Source: Eukaryota sp. GEM-RC1
Taxonomy: Eukaryota
Direction: 5' to 3'
DNA: 64,000 nt
Assembly (NCBI GenBank): GCA_040285855.1
Contig: JAUFOQ010000004.1
Coordinates: 434,001-498,000, forward strand
Every line of letters starts with the position of its first letter. Position 1 is the first letter of the stretch. The position numbers and the translations under genes are program-made. The notes below the pieces were generated by a model. That model saw nothing but the letters and a program-made list of their open reading frames with translations, was not told where the DNA came from and did no database searches. Shown piece by piece: positions 12,696 through 24,452 of this stretch.

Positions 12696-13568
12696 ATGTC
12701 ACCATTCCCTCTATTAGAGTCACTATTGAACCGGCTGTTTCAACAACACTATGATCCATCGACATTACTTCCCATCAACAATTCCTCCAAGATCAAACAA
12801 GCTTTAGAATCCCGATATCACACAAAATCTGAATACCTGCAGCTACTTATTCTCTATCAGTCTGTCCTTAATGCTTCGCTACATCCTAGCTGTCCAGAAA
12901 GCCTTCAAAATGACATATCCGATGTACTTCTTCATTCCTCTCTTTCCACAGCTCAACCATCTCAGTTACTCGATCTATTCAATAACACAGTGTCTCAGTC
13001 TTCAACGTCTTTTTTTACATTCTTTTTTCAACATGATTTATCAACCCAACTCTCTAAATTGTCAAACCTCTTCTCTTCAAAGTCATCACAGACTGTAGAA
13101 GACTCTGTATCCACCCTTCTTTCATCTATCTCTCATATGACTTCTCACATCAACTCCATCCAACTCCATTGGCTTGACCAACTTCAAACTCTTCAAGACC
13201 TCATCATTACTGCTTCCTCCACGTTATCCTCTCTTCAGTCAATACTTAACTCTACTGGAGTAGATAGAATCAAAGCTAAACTTCACTATTTCCACTGTAA
13301 AAGTAAGTTGTTGATTGCTAGAATTAAACTTCTTCGTTACCAGTATTTAGAAGACACCTATGATGAAACGAGTCTAAAAGCTATTAAAGTTATTAAAACT
13401 GAACTTGATTCCTTAACAGAAGCTGCTAAACACGAGCTTCAAGTTTTAATGGGTCAACTAGCTCAGTACTCAAACTGTAGTAAGAGTTATCACGTGCTAG
13501 TGAGTGAATACGGACGACTTGAAGCTCAAAAGGAAGAATTAGCATCAATGTTGCAACAAATTAGTTAG
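12696..13568 (+). CDS. HAUS4: Augmin subunit HAUS4-like
   Basis: KLLRYQYLEDTYDETSLKAIKVIKTEL...LAQY...YHVLVSEY matches the HAUS4 DTY...Y...EY pattern. Confidence 0.75.
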   Translation: MSPFPLLESLLNRLFQQHYDPSTLLPINNSSKIKQALESRYHTKSEYLQLLILYQSVLNASLHPSCPESLQNDISDVLLHSSLSTAQPSQLLDLFNNTVSQSSTSFFTFFFQHDLSTQLSKLSNLFSSKSSQTVEDSVSTLLSSISHMTSHINSIQLHWLDQLQTLQDLIITASSTLSSLQSILNSTGVDRIKAKLHYFHCKSKLLIARIKLLRYQYLEDTYDETSLKAIKVIKTELDSLTEAAKHELQVLMGQLAQYSNCSKSYHVLVSEYGRLEAQKEELASMLQQIS

Positions 13569-13689
13569 AAATATTGAATTATCCCATTCAGTCTCACTGG
13601 AAAATATTAAAAACTTTCCTGTAAATTCTCAATCTTTCATTTCCACAATATTTGAACAATTTTAAATTGTACAATAATCCCTTGTTCAA

Positions 13690-14267
13690 TCATTCAGACC
13701 CATTCAATATTCGAGCCTTGTCGTATTCTTTCAATAAATTCTTATACAAGTCATTTAACTTTGATTCTTTTGTTTCTAGTGTCAATAGATTATGTTTAAG
13801 ACCTTCCAAGTGAGAATTTGACTCGTGGATTTGGGAGTTGACTATTTCCAACTCTGCAGCTATACGTCTTTGTTCGTCTGATAGATGGTGAACGACCTTG
13901 GTGTAGGTGGATATGTTGGCTTTTGTATCGCCCAGTTCTTGTGCAACTTCATTCCTACGTTCATGTACATTCGCAAGACGTAACTGAAGAGAGTGGAACT
14001 GTTTTTGATTGGTATCGACACGTGATTTTTGAGAGAAATAGTCTTGAATAATGGACCGAAGGACTAGGTTGTCAGTAAGTGATGACACAGAAGATCGGCA
14101 TAAGGGACATTTGGAGTTGAGTTTGGTGGAACAATGAGAGCAAACGCTATAGTCAAAGTCAATAGTCTGTTGACAAACCTATGTCCACAAGGGGAAAGTA
14201 GAACAGGACTGGACATGACATCCAAACACACACAACAAGCAAAGGACTTGTCAAGATCAGACTGCAT
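13690..14267 (-). CDS. RING-finger (C3HC4) plus coiled-coil protein; 32-nt intron at 14147-14178
   Basis: Splicing out GTTTGT...TTGACTATAG gives CCVC...PCGHSVCSHC...CPLC, in frame with the coiled-coil ORF 13690-14088. Confidence 0.85.
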
Positions 14268-14419
14268 GATTTGAAGTTAACTAAGAACTAAGAAGTCATG
14301 ACAAAAGAAGTTTCTTCAGCAACGAAGAAAAGCCATGTTCTATGTACATATATATATGTATATTAGTACATAAATAAACAAAAAATTGTTAATGTAGTAT
14401 AAGAGTTTATTTGCAACAA

Positions 14420-14502
14420 TAAATTAATACATACTAATTCAGAAAATGAAAGAAGTTAAATTCTCCACATCAACACGAGAATTGTGTCTATACAACTTCG
14501 AA
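14420..14502 (-). mobile_element. Extreme 3' end of a CRE-like retrotransposon
   Basis: Translates SKLYRHNSRVDVENLTSFIF*, matching KLYRGSSRVDVDHLISFKY* of the copy ending at 30337. Confidence 0.6.
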
Positions 14503-15354
14503 TAAATTGTTTATTTAGTAATTAAAAAAAATTCTGTCTGCTTTTTCTTGGCTTTCAGACAGAATTTTTCGGTACGATGATGTCAGATATTGACCTCCGA
14601 AAATGATGGCGAAAGTCACTTTATTGACGAGATAATTCGTGGTCAAACAATATTGGCGAATTTTTGGCCTGAAAGCGAAGAACAAGCACTTTAGACGTGC
14701 TAATTTAATGCAAAAGAGGATAATCTAAGTACACATGTTGATAATAGTTTCAGTAGTGACAAACACTACTGGATTTGCTCGATTTCTTTCAGCCCGCAAA
14801 ACTATCCACTGGAGTAGTGGATAATGGATACTTTATCTGTGACAATTAATAATAAATAGAAATGCAAAAGGAAGGTAAAGGGTGTTTTAATATGGAAATA
14901 TGCGTAGAAGTAATTTCAATAACTGTTGAGAGCTACCATTAAATTGTTTGGATCTACATTATCACTAGACTGTGTTCTCAATAGACTGTTTTCTGTTTGA
15001 AAGGAGTGTTACATGTACAATACTTAAATTCTCTGATAATTCTATTGAGCAAATATCCTCGAGACTAATAAATAATTTGTGTTGCTGTAACGAAAACAAT
15101 CACCAGAACTACTACATATTGTACTAACAAGTCGATACCAAAGCAACGTAGACCGAATAAATTTGACAGAACAATAGCACTGTAATCGCTTTGTGTTTAT
15201 TTTAACTAATCGAGTGTATAATTGCAATCAAATTATCTATTCATATATCGGAATATGCCTTTCTATTTCTCTAGATTAATTGAGAAATTGTACAAGTTTG
15301 GTGTGAAGGTTAATGTTGATAAACGTAATCTTTTACCGGGTGGTGATGAAGTCG

Positions 15355-15437
15355 TTTGGATTTAATCTTTGTATTATTTGTTTGTTTTTACAATTTCATA
15401 GTTTGTAGGAAGGTTACCTTATTGGGTGCCGAATAAA
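15355..15437 (+). repeat. Dispersed ~85-bp repeat ending in a stem-loop plus GAATAAA (other copies ~15805-15855, ~19785-19869, ~63667-63712 minus)
   Basis: Shared TTGTTTGTTTTTACAATTTCATAG...GGTTACCTTATTGGGT(A/G)CCGAATAA. Confidence 0.75.
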
Positions 15438-16437
15438 CATCTCTCTGTAATTATCTAAAGTTCACAAACACACTGTGTGGTAAATGGACCATCCGTGTGA
15501 CACATTTGAATTCAATTGATTGCAATTCTAAAAGCAGTTCCCTCAATGATTTCCAGAGCTTTATTATCCGTCAGTGTGCATTATGAAGACAAAGCATCAA
15601 CAAGGTTCGATTCTAGGGAATCTTACTTTGATGATATTGAGTTTTAGACTATTTATTTCATTATATCCATAAAAATTTGTTTGTGAAAAACATTGATTGC
15701 AATTAGCAATTATGGCAAGAATTGATTGTTTTGTATTTTTGGTGAACAATTTGTTGCCAATTCAAATTTACGAGCCCCTAACTATGAGACTACTACTCAA
15801 AATATTTTGTTTGTTTTCTCAATTTCACAGATTTGCAGTAACCTTATTGGGTACTACTCAAAACAAAGGTACAAAAGTAAGTAGATTGCAATAACTTAAA
15901 CTAAATCAAGGATTAATTGATCAAGAATATGCTAACGCCCAACCCGTCGTTAAGTCATGGTTTGAGTGGTAATTCTCGTTGAAGAAACTGCTGTGGGATC
16001 TTCACTGAATCCAATCAAAATATGCTCCACACTCCGAAATCATTGAAGAAATTCAATGCACTCTTTCCATAGGACCAAATACTGGTATTGATAAAGTAAA
16101 ATGACAAAATTTATATTCTAGTTCAACCTGTTATAAAAATTCTATTCTTGTCCTTTTCATCCAAATATAAGAAGTGCCGATTCCAAACTGCCAATTCCTA
16201 CAAATGAAGTAAACAAAATTTTCAAACTGTTGCTTGAAAGAATGCCAAATTGTTCCACACAATACTCTGTGTGAAAGGGCATTCTGTCGCATAATTCTGT
16301 TGCAGTGTCATCCCAGAATTTGACTTCTCATCATCGTATCATTAACTCAATCTAGAATTGAGAAAAGAATTCAATTGAAGTCTCCACATAAGCAATAACT
16401 TCAAACTCACTTTCCGCTCTCCATTATACTCTTCCCT

Positions 16438-17596
16438 ATGATCAAATTTATTGCCGTTCTGGCCTTAATCGCTCTTACATTTGCTTCTGATGAACACATT
16501 GTTGCTCTAGTTAACTCCAACCCTACTTCAATGTGGGTTGCTGGCACTAATCCCCGATTGGTAGATGTTTCTCCTGAAGAACGCCGTGCCATGCTTGGTC
16601 TCCAAATTGAACATGTTAACCTTCCCAAGAAGGTTGATGAAGAACTCTATCTTCCCGATACCTTTGATGTCCGTGAACAATGGCCTGGATGTCCCTCCTA
16701 CTCTATCCGTGATCAAGGACGTTGTGGTTCCTGCTGGGCTTTTGGTGCTGCTGAGGTAAGTATCATTTTTCTTTTTATCATAGGCTCTCTCCGATAGATT
16801 CTGTATTGCTCAAAACAAGAAGGTTGTCCTCTCCCCTCAATGGTTAGTATCCTGTGACAAGTCTAACATGGCCTGTAACGGTGGTTGGTTAGACAAGGTT
16901 TGGAGATTCATGGCTTCCACTGGTGTTGTTGAAGACTCTTGTATGAAATACGTTTCCGGACGTGCCGGTCAAGTTCCTCCCTGTCCTTCTCAATGTGAAG
17001 ATGGATCTGCTCTTAAGATGTACAAGGCTGCCAATGCTTATGACGTTTCCTCTTCTGAAACCGCTATCATGTCTGAAATCCAAAAATACGGTTCCGTTGA
17101 AGTCGGTTTCTCCGTATACTCTGATTTCATGTCCTACAGATCTGGTATCTATCATCATCAAACTGGTTATCTCCAAGGTGGACATGCCGTCAAGATGATT
17201 GGTTGGGGTGTTGAAAACGGTCAAAAGTACTGGTTAGTTGCTAACTCTTGGGGAACTGGATGGGGTGAATCTGGTCACTTCCGTATCCGCCGTGGTGTTA
17301 ACGAATGTAACATTGAATCTATGGTCACTGCCGGTCAAGCTGGATCTGCACCCAATGAAGTTGATGAGCAAGATGCCTATGTTGAAGAACTCGGTAACAA
17401 ATACAAATGCAAACTCTGTAAATCTGCTTTAAAAATTATTCTCAAGGTGGTGGAAAAAGGTGCTTGTGACGGTGTCTGTAACAGTCTCCCAGCTTTCTCT
17501 AATGCATGTAGAGTAGCCTGTCATGCTCTTGTTGACAAGGAATGTAAAGGCAAGGAATGCATCGAACATGGGTGCAAAAAAATGCATTACTGTTAA
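16438..17596 (+). CDS. Cathepsin B-like cysteine protease (C1A) with signal peptide and C-terminal saposin-like Cys-rich domain; 28-nt intron at 16756-16783
   Basis: [25 protein letters not shown] after splicing; catalytic GGHAV and WLVANSWG; tail KCKLC...VC...CKKMHYC. Confidence 0.93.
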
Positions 17597-18226
17597 TTTA
17601 TTACCTGTTCTTATTTGCAGTAGCCACAAAATTTTACAATTGATCTGCATCTCTTATTGGTCTTAATAAACCAGCACACAATTCAAAGCTACATTGGATA
17701 TTTTGTTTTATCAATAGTACTAGTAGTTGGCACATATCGTGTTATGTACAGCCACTGCACAGGAAAAAGTGTCAAACATATACTTTACTACATCTACATT
17801 AGACTTACTTGCATTGTATCCTACAGATTATCATGATAAGTAGCACAACATCAGGATTCATGTACTATACTCCGCACAACAATTGGTATGAATCAGACCA
17901 GCTATGAATGTCCAGCAAACAAGTATTCTTGATTTTTTTGGTAGAGTAAATGAAGGTAAGTTGTAAGATCGTAGAGTATTCGTATTTATATGGTTATTTT
18001 AACTTGTTATTTTTTATATGCTATAGTTTGTGTCTTTTAGTTAGTATGTTGCAAAACTTTATTGAGCATAAAACCCCTTTTTAACTCTAGAAGTTAACCT
18101 ACTAAGTAAAGAACGGGGTTTATGATCAGTCAGTGAAATAAATGCATTTGCAGAAGTTAATAAGTAACAGACACTAACTAAAGTATCTAAACTATGATCC
18201 TTCTGTCCATCACCGAACAACTTACC

Positions 18227-18750
18227 TTAAATTGAATTAAAATATCTGTGCATTGAACGAAACAACGCAAACGTTAACCTACTCAACCAAAAATTTTGAT
18301 TGAAAACTTTACCATACTCTGAACACAATTTACCAAAGGAGGTTAAAAAACCTTGTGCAGCTGACCATATATCGTCATCGCAAAAGGTTGAAACACAAAG
18401 AATTGTACCTGTCAACATTCAATTGGTTAATTGAGTGACAGTACTTTGTATTTTTTCCTTTTTCAGCCACTTTAAGAGCAGAAAAATCATCATCAAAAAT
18501 TTTGGAAATTGATCTCGAATTACAAGGATCAACTGTCGTGAAATCCATGATAATTTCCTGACAAGATAACCAAGGACCAATCAAATCACCACGACTTCTA
18601 TCAACTTTTGACTGATCAGAAAGATTAGCAAGTAAAAGTTCAATTTTTCCATGAAAACCATTAGCCTTAAACATATCCAAACATGTATCCCGGATACTGT
18701 TGTGAATAATTGACCGAAAATGAATAAATTGATGACAGTTACCTACTAAG
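18227..18750 (-). pseudogene. CRE-like non-LTR retrotransposon, restriction-like endonuclease region, degenerate
   Basis: NGFHGKIE...SRGDLIG...MDFTTVDP...AEKGKNTKY; homologous to 20185-21110. Confidence 0.75.
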
Positions 18751-18975
18751 TTAATGCAGAATAAAATTTGTCCTATTTTCTAATTTTTAGCAATGTTTAG
18801 GAATCTTTAAATGTTTGAATTCATACTTGAATTCATATTTGTGCGGGTAAACCAACATCCCCTTTCACCTAAAAAAACCAAATATTGTAGACTGAATTTT
18901 TGTACTTGTCTAAATGAACATGAACATTTTCTTTTATCTTTCCTAGGTAATGTCAACAAGAACTTTGTTGGGTAG

Positions 18976-20121
18976 CAGGATACCGAAAAATATATTGCAA
19001 TTATATTGCAAGAATATTTAATTGCAATAAATATAGCAATATATTGCAATATTTCACATAGCTAAAAACTCAAAATTCTTTCCAAATTCAGCTGCATTCT
19101 GAAACATTTTTTTGGTCTTTCACACTTTCTTACATCTTGCTTTCACACCACTTCTTATCCTACCTACATCATGAACTTCACATATAACACACTGTTGGTC
19201 TCGATGTTGGTTTTAGCACTTTTGCCTTCAATTCATCCAGAGATATGATCTACCGATCAGTCTGCACTTAGTGTATCCAACCATGTTCCGTTTCCAGCTG
19301 ATATACAGATGTTTTCTCTGATCCAAACTCAGAGAAGCCACACATCACAAGGAAAAAGTTGAATCTTGATGATGTACTGTTGCTAATGCTTCTCAAGGTC
19401 ATTATTTCTAAATAGTAGCTCCTATTAACTAAGATGTACCATCTTCATCAGTTCAATACGACTTAATGTCAACAATCTACAGGTCAGATACATACAGTAT
19501 GCTTGTCGAACAAACACCAAATGAAGTTACATCTGCCCTTGATTATAAAGATGGGCTTACAACCATATAGTATGAACTTTTCTGTCGTTGGAGGTCGATT
19601 TTATCAACAAGTCAGTTTATAACGGCTCAGAAGTTGATTTTCTAGTGAAGGAACATAGATGAACAACAATAATTTATTGTGAAAAGGAAACATTGTCAGG
19701 AATTGTACTTTGGGTGAGGGAGTACACATATGAAAGTGCCTAAATTCAACGCTTAGATGACACTTGCGTCATTTCAAACATTTTGTTTGGATTTAGATTT
19801 AGTATTATTTGTTTGTTTTTACAATTTCATAGTTTTGCAAGAGGGTTACCTTATTGGGTACCGAATAAAGGAAGTTTTGAAATAATTCAGTGTAGTTACA
19901 ACAACTGTAGGCTATTTGCTATTTAATCAATGTCTACACGAACCTTCAAAGTTGTTTGAAAATGACAACATAAGTATTGCAATAAATTGCAATATATTGG
20001 AATATATTGCAACATTCTCATAATTGCAATAAATATATTGGTAAAAAGAACATTGAACAATAAATATATATTGAAATATATTACAATTTATTGCAATACA
20101 ATATATTTTTCGGTATCCCTG
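18976..20121. mobile_element. Non-autonomous hAT element, ~1.15 kb
   Basis: TIR CAGG(G)ATACCGAAAAATATATTG at both ends; 8-bp TSD TTGGGTAG/TTGGGAAG (7 of 8 match); ATATTGCAAT subterminal repeats. Confidence 0.85.
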
Positions 20122-20184
20122 TTGGGAAGTTCATCATGACGCTTAAATATAAAGACCGCGAAAAAATACGTTTACGCCCAGATT

Positions 20185-21110
20185 GTGAACTTCTTGATCA
20201 ATAGAGTGTCCTATTACAATCGTGTGCAACTGCTTAAAAGAAAAAAGAGCGAAAATCTGTGTACAACAAAAAGGCAATGCTGCCATATTGGTGTTCTCCA
20301 CATTGCTAGAACTCCAGTCGTTCTGGGTGTTACAAACTTGTTCGTTACGAACTCCATTAAACTACAAGTAATCTTGAAAGACATTTCTAGAGATGAGGCT
20401 TCTACTTTGATTACTCGATATCCTCAAAGATATAGTTTCAACTTAAAAGGTCATGAATGGCTTATCAACATTCGTTTGAGGTTGGGTTTATGGCCTGTTG
20501 GTCTCCTGCAAAACAGTCTACTTGTGTGTGGTTCTTCTTTAGCCTCTTTCCATCTTGTGGTCAACTGTCATAAGTTTATTCATTTAAGATCAATTATTCA
20601 CATCAGTTTACGTGATCAATGTTTAGAATTGTTTAAGACCAATGGTTTTCATGGGAAAATCGAACCAGTTTTAAATACTTTGTCTGACTCAATTATGAGG
20701 GATAAAAGTAGAGGTGATTTGATTGGGATTTGGTTGTCCTCTCAAGAAATAATTATGGACTTTACTGCGGTTGATCCTTGTAACTCAACTTCCGTTAACA
20801 AAATTTTATACAAAAACTATTCAGCTCTTGAAACTGCTGAAAGGAAAAATTAGATCGTTATGGCGAATTAATTTCCAAGATGAATTCTCGCCGACACAAT
20901 CCTTTTGTTTTCCATCCTTTTGCTATTTCTCTTTATGGTAAGTTTGGTTGCTTCGGTCAACAATTTCTCACAGATTTTGGCAAATTGTGTAAGCAGTATG
21001 GAAAGAATTTTAATGAAAGTTACTGGAGAGGAAGGTTGTCGTTTTCCCTTTCAAAGCATTGTTTAGGTATTTTGATTCAATTTTGAACCGTCTCTTTGCA
21101 TTGAGACATG
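20185..21110 (+). pseudogene. CRE-like non-LTR retrotransposon 3' portion (Zn knuckle plus restriction-like endonuclease), 5'-truncated
   Basis: RLRLG, a degenerate C..H...C knuckle, H...RD, IEP, RGD...D, AERK and FHPFAISLYG; this is the motif order of CRE-clade endonucleases. Confidence 0.8.
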
Positions 21111-21407
21111 AATTTGAGATGATATAGAGGTATTTGTAACTAATTTGTTAATATTGATGATAGTTTGTATTTGTAAGACTAAGTAAAAGGCGTTTTTAGT
21201 AATCTAAGGTAAATTAATACCATCATGAAACCAGAAACACAGTCTACATGTACATCGATATAGTGTCACTGAACGAAGTCACGCTGTTTGGAGGGTAGAT
21301 GGTCTACCAATAGTTCAAGTGACCACAAGTATTGAAAACCCGGCCATATTTGGTTAAGTCCACAAGTGCAGTTCAAAAGCACTTTTCAAACCGCCCAATT
21401 CTACTAA

Positions 21408-22123
21408 ATGGCAGAGTCAATCCTCAATCTCATCCCACAACCTGTTCCTAAAGAGAAGAAACAACCTCTCTATAGATCTAAATATCCTGGAAGTGTTCCT
21501 ACTCAAAAAGGGACATGCTACTTTTGGAAAAGCTGAAGAACCAAAACCTGAACCCTCTACCTTTCTCAAGAAGTACGACAAAACTGGTCCACTGACCCAT
21601 CTCGAAAAACCTGCTCCTGGCTCTTTTTCTCGATCCCAAACTCTTCCCCGCAGACCTCCAGTTCCTTCCAAAAGACGAGGTACCAAAAATGGGACTAGTC
21701 TCAAACAAGAACTTCATCACCACCAATGCCATCGAATCCATTCTCCAACGCCCACCTCCACGAAACCAGAACACTTTGCAGTACACTAAGAAACCTGATT
21801 ATGGTTCAGTGCCGAGCTACCTCAAGACAGTAAAGTCTGAGATCAACAAGGAGTACGAAGCTCTGCGTTCGTTAAAAGGAAGCAGACAAAGCTCATTTGA
21901 AAACACCGCTGCTCTCAACGTCCTTCCGGAAGATGAACGTCTGGAACTTCTTGATAAACTGAAGCAACGTTGGGAAGACGCTTACAACGAGTTTAGTCGA
22001 CTACCAATGGTGGTGGATACTGAATCAAAGATCAATCGAAAGAATCATTTGGAACGTTTGTTGAATCAAATTGAGGTAGATATCTCTAAGCTGGAGAAAG
22101 GTCTTGTATTAATAGCACAGTAA
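21408..22123 (+). CDS. ENKUR: Enkurin (two frameshifts)
   Basis: Start MAESILNLIPQPVPKEKKQPLYRSKY at ATG 21408 (missed by the ORF track); KNFITTNA, KPDYGSVPSYL, and an enkurin-domain C-terminus. Confidence 0.88.
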
Positions 22124-22344
22124 GTATTGGTTGATATGGAATATTTAAAATAATCAGATTTTTGAAAATTAACTGGTAAGAAATTGTAACTTTATATTAT
22201 TATTTGGAATAAATGTTGATTGAAATGTGATTAAAAGAAACAAAAAAATACGTAAGTCAATTAAATAATCCGTAACCGTCCCAATTAACTATAAAATCAA
22301 AAATATTATACAACAAACAGTTATAATCAACTGATTGAAATGAA

Positions 22345-23004
22345 TTATGACCAAGTAATCGGTTTTTTCACACCTTGAGTTTTCAGTTGTTGTTCAAGAA
22401 AATTGATTCGTTCCATTAAAGTGGAAAGTTCATTTAAAGTTGCTTTTAAAATTTTAGATTGCTGATCATTAGACTCGGACTGATTAGTCTGGGAAAGTGA
22501 TATCTGACGTTTCAGCATGTTGTTTTCAGCTTCAAGTTGAATATACATGGACTGTAGCTGTTCATGGGAAGGCTCTACAGAGGGAAACACAGCAGTACCA
22601 GGAAATGAATCAAACACAGTAGAAACATGATTTTGCCGGGAAGGAGATTCTGCAAAAACAGGAGAAAGACTTGGTTCGTGAGAATTCGGTGACGAAGGTG
22701 GAGAGTTTAAGTTGAGGGATGAGAGAGGACTAACTAATCGTGTGGTTGTAGCAGGATGAAATGATGGTGAAGGTTTCCGTAGAAGATGGGATAATTGGCC
22801 TAGATTTTCCTCTAGAGAATCTGTGCTAATGTCCTTGAGAGGTTGGCTAGTAGATAGCAGTTTTTGTCTCAAATCAGCTGTTGTTGTCTGATGTTTGTGT
22901 AAAAGAGAGTGAAGATGAGAAAGAGTTTGGTGTGCATTTGAGATGTTCTGGGAGAAGTCAGAGTGTCTGGCGGTATCACTGTTTGATCGATGTCGGGCAG
23001 ACAT
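22345..23004 (-). CDS. Hypothetical coiled-coil, Ser/Pro-rich protein
   Basis: Open ORF from ATG 23004 with heptad-like N- and C-terminal segments. Confidence 0.6.
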   Translation of the reverse strand: MSARHRSNSDTARHSDFSQNISNAHQTLSHLHSLLHKHQTTTADLRQKLLSTSQPLKDISTDSLEENLGQLSHLLRKPSPSFHPATTTRLVSPLSSLNLNSPPSSPNSHEPSLSPVFAESPSRQNHVSTVFDSFPGTAVFPSVEPSHEQLQSMYIQLEAENNMLKRQISLSQTNQSESNDQQSKILKATLNELSTLMERINFLEQQLKTQGVKKPITWS

Positions 23005-23042
23005 TTGACACAATGGACTTAACTTCTACATTGTACTTGTAG

Positions 23043-24115
23043 ATGTTTATTGAGAATGTTGGATCCATCCTGACCCTTCTTGACCTCTATTCTGCTGCTC
23101 ATCCACTAACACTGGATGACTTTCCTCCCGTATATTCATCTTTTCTTTCTAAATTAGGTGTATCTTATCAATCGGACTTGACTCTAACTAATCTTCTTCT
23201 GTGGAGGCACATCTTTTTACCTAGATATTTTGTTTTTGCAGACCATTTATTCATCCTGATTTCTGATTCATCCATTTATGCCCTTCCTCCAATAGGTGAA
23301 TTCCCTTTCAAAGCTGTTTCTTCCTTCTATATGACTTTAAAACAAGGAATTGACCTTACTTTTGAACGATTTCCTCAATTCATATCATCTCCTTCTCCCT
23401 CACTATGTATAACTCCTCAACGTAATCACTATGATTATGTCTATCAAACAGAGAATCTAGCGATTATGTCCAATTGGAAACGTAAGAAAAGGCAGCGGAT
23501 CAAGTCTTTGTTAAAGTCTTTTTCAGTCACTGCATATTTCTTCCCAAAGATTTCTCAAGAATTCCTACAGTATGCCAAAGAATTACAACAATCATGGATT
23601 CAAGATCTCGATCTTCGTGGTGATCAGGACCAATCTGTGGATTCTGAAATATCTGCAATTGATGAATTTTTCAATTTTTTCCCAAGTTACAAACATTTAA
23701 TACCAAATGTCTGTGGTTTAATACTTGAAGTTACTCCACTCACTACCTCAGACCAGCAACACCCAGATCAAATTAATTTAATCAAACTTAGTGCCCCCAA
23801 TGATTTAGTGTCATTCTCCCAATCAAATTTGATTGGATACTCTCTTTTGAACCACTCCCATATCCATACGCCGATACAGACTCTAAAATGGCTGTTATTC
23901 ATGTAGAAAAGAGTAAGTTCAATATGAAAGGAGCGTATCCAACATTAGTTATGGCTGAAGCTATGGCGTTATCTACTTTCTTTAAAGGTGTTTCTTTGAT
24001 AAATAGAGAACAAGATTTAGGTTTGGAAGGGTTACGTACAGCTAAAGAAGAACTAGGGCCATCATTTTTGATTGAGAAGGTGATGGTGAATCGAATCTCT
24101 GTTGAGGAGCAATAA
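23043..24115 (+). CDS. DUF2156 / phosphatidylglycerol lysyltransferase C-terminal-like domain protein (frameshift in the T-run at ~23846)
   Basis: SDLTLTNLLLW, YDYVYQTENL, VIHVEKS, KGAYPTL and INREQDLGLEGLRTAK, as in bacterial stand-alone DUF2156 proteins. Confidence 0.85.
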
Positions 24116-24184
24116 CATCATAGTTTAGCTTCACTTGTTTTCCATTTCTATGTTAATGCAACACTTTTTTCTAAAGCGGTTATT

Positions 24185-24427
24185 CAGATACTTTTCACAT
24201 CAACAACTGTTGTCAGATTCCTTCATATTGGTCCTCTGCGACCTAATGTTGATGAATGCTGAGTTGGATGATGGAGTCAGAAAGTGGTGTGATTTGGTGA
24301 ATGATGTTATGGAAGTAGGTGTCGGCCTGTAAGGTCTAACAACAAGCTGTGGACATTTGACTTTGTTTAGAGGATGTGCAACGAAGGTAAGGACCCCATC
24401 TTCTGGACAGCCAGGAAGTGCCGGCAT
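24185..24427 (-). CDS. Possible small hypothetical protein
   Basis: ATG 24427 (MPALPGCPEDG...) lies head-to-head with the GT49 gene, 25 bp apart; the 3' end is uncertain. Confidence 0.35.
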
Positions 24428-24452
24428 TTTGACTTGTAAATAAGATTTCTTT

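Noticed and set aside
14528..14823. Local hairpins AATTCTGTCTG/CAGACAGAATT and TATCCACT/AGTGGATA
   Set aside because: Single copies in degenerate intergenic DNA with no TSD or other support.
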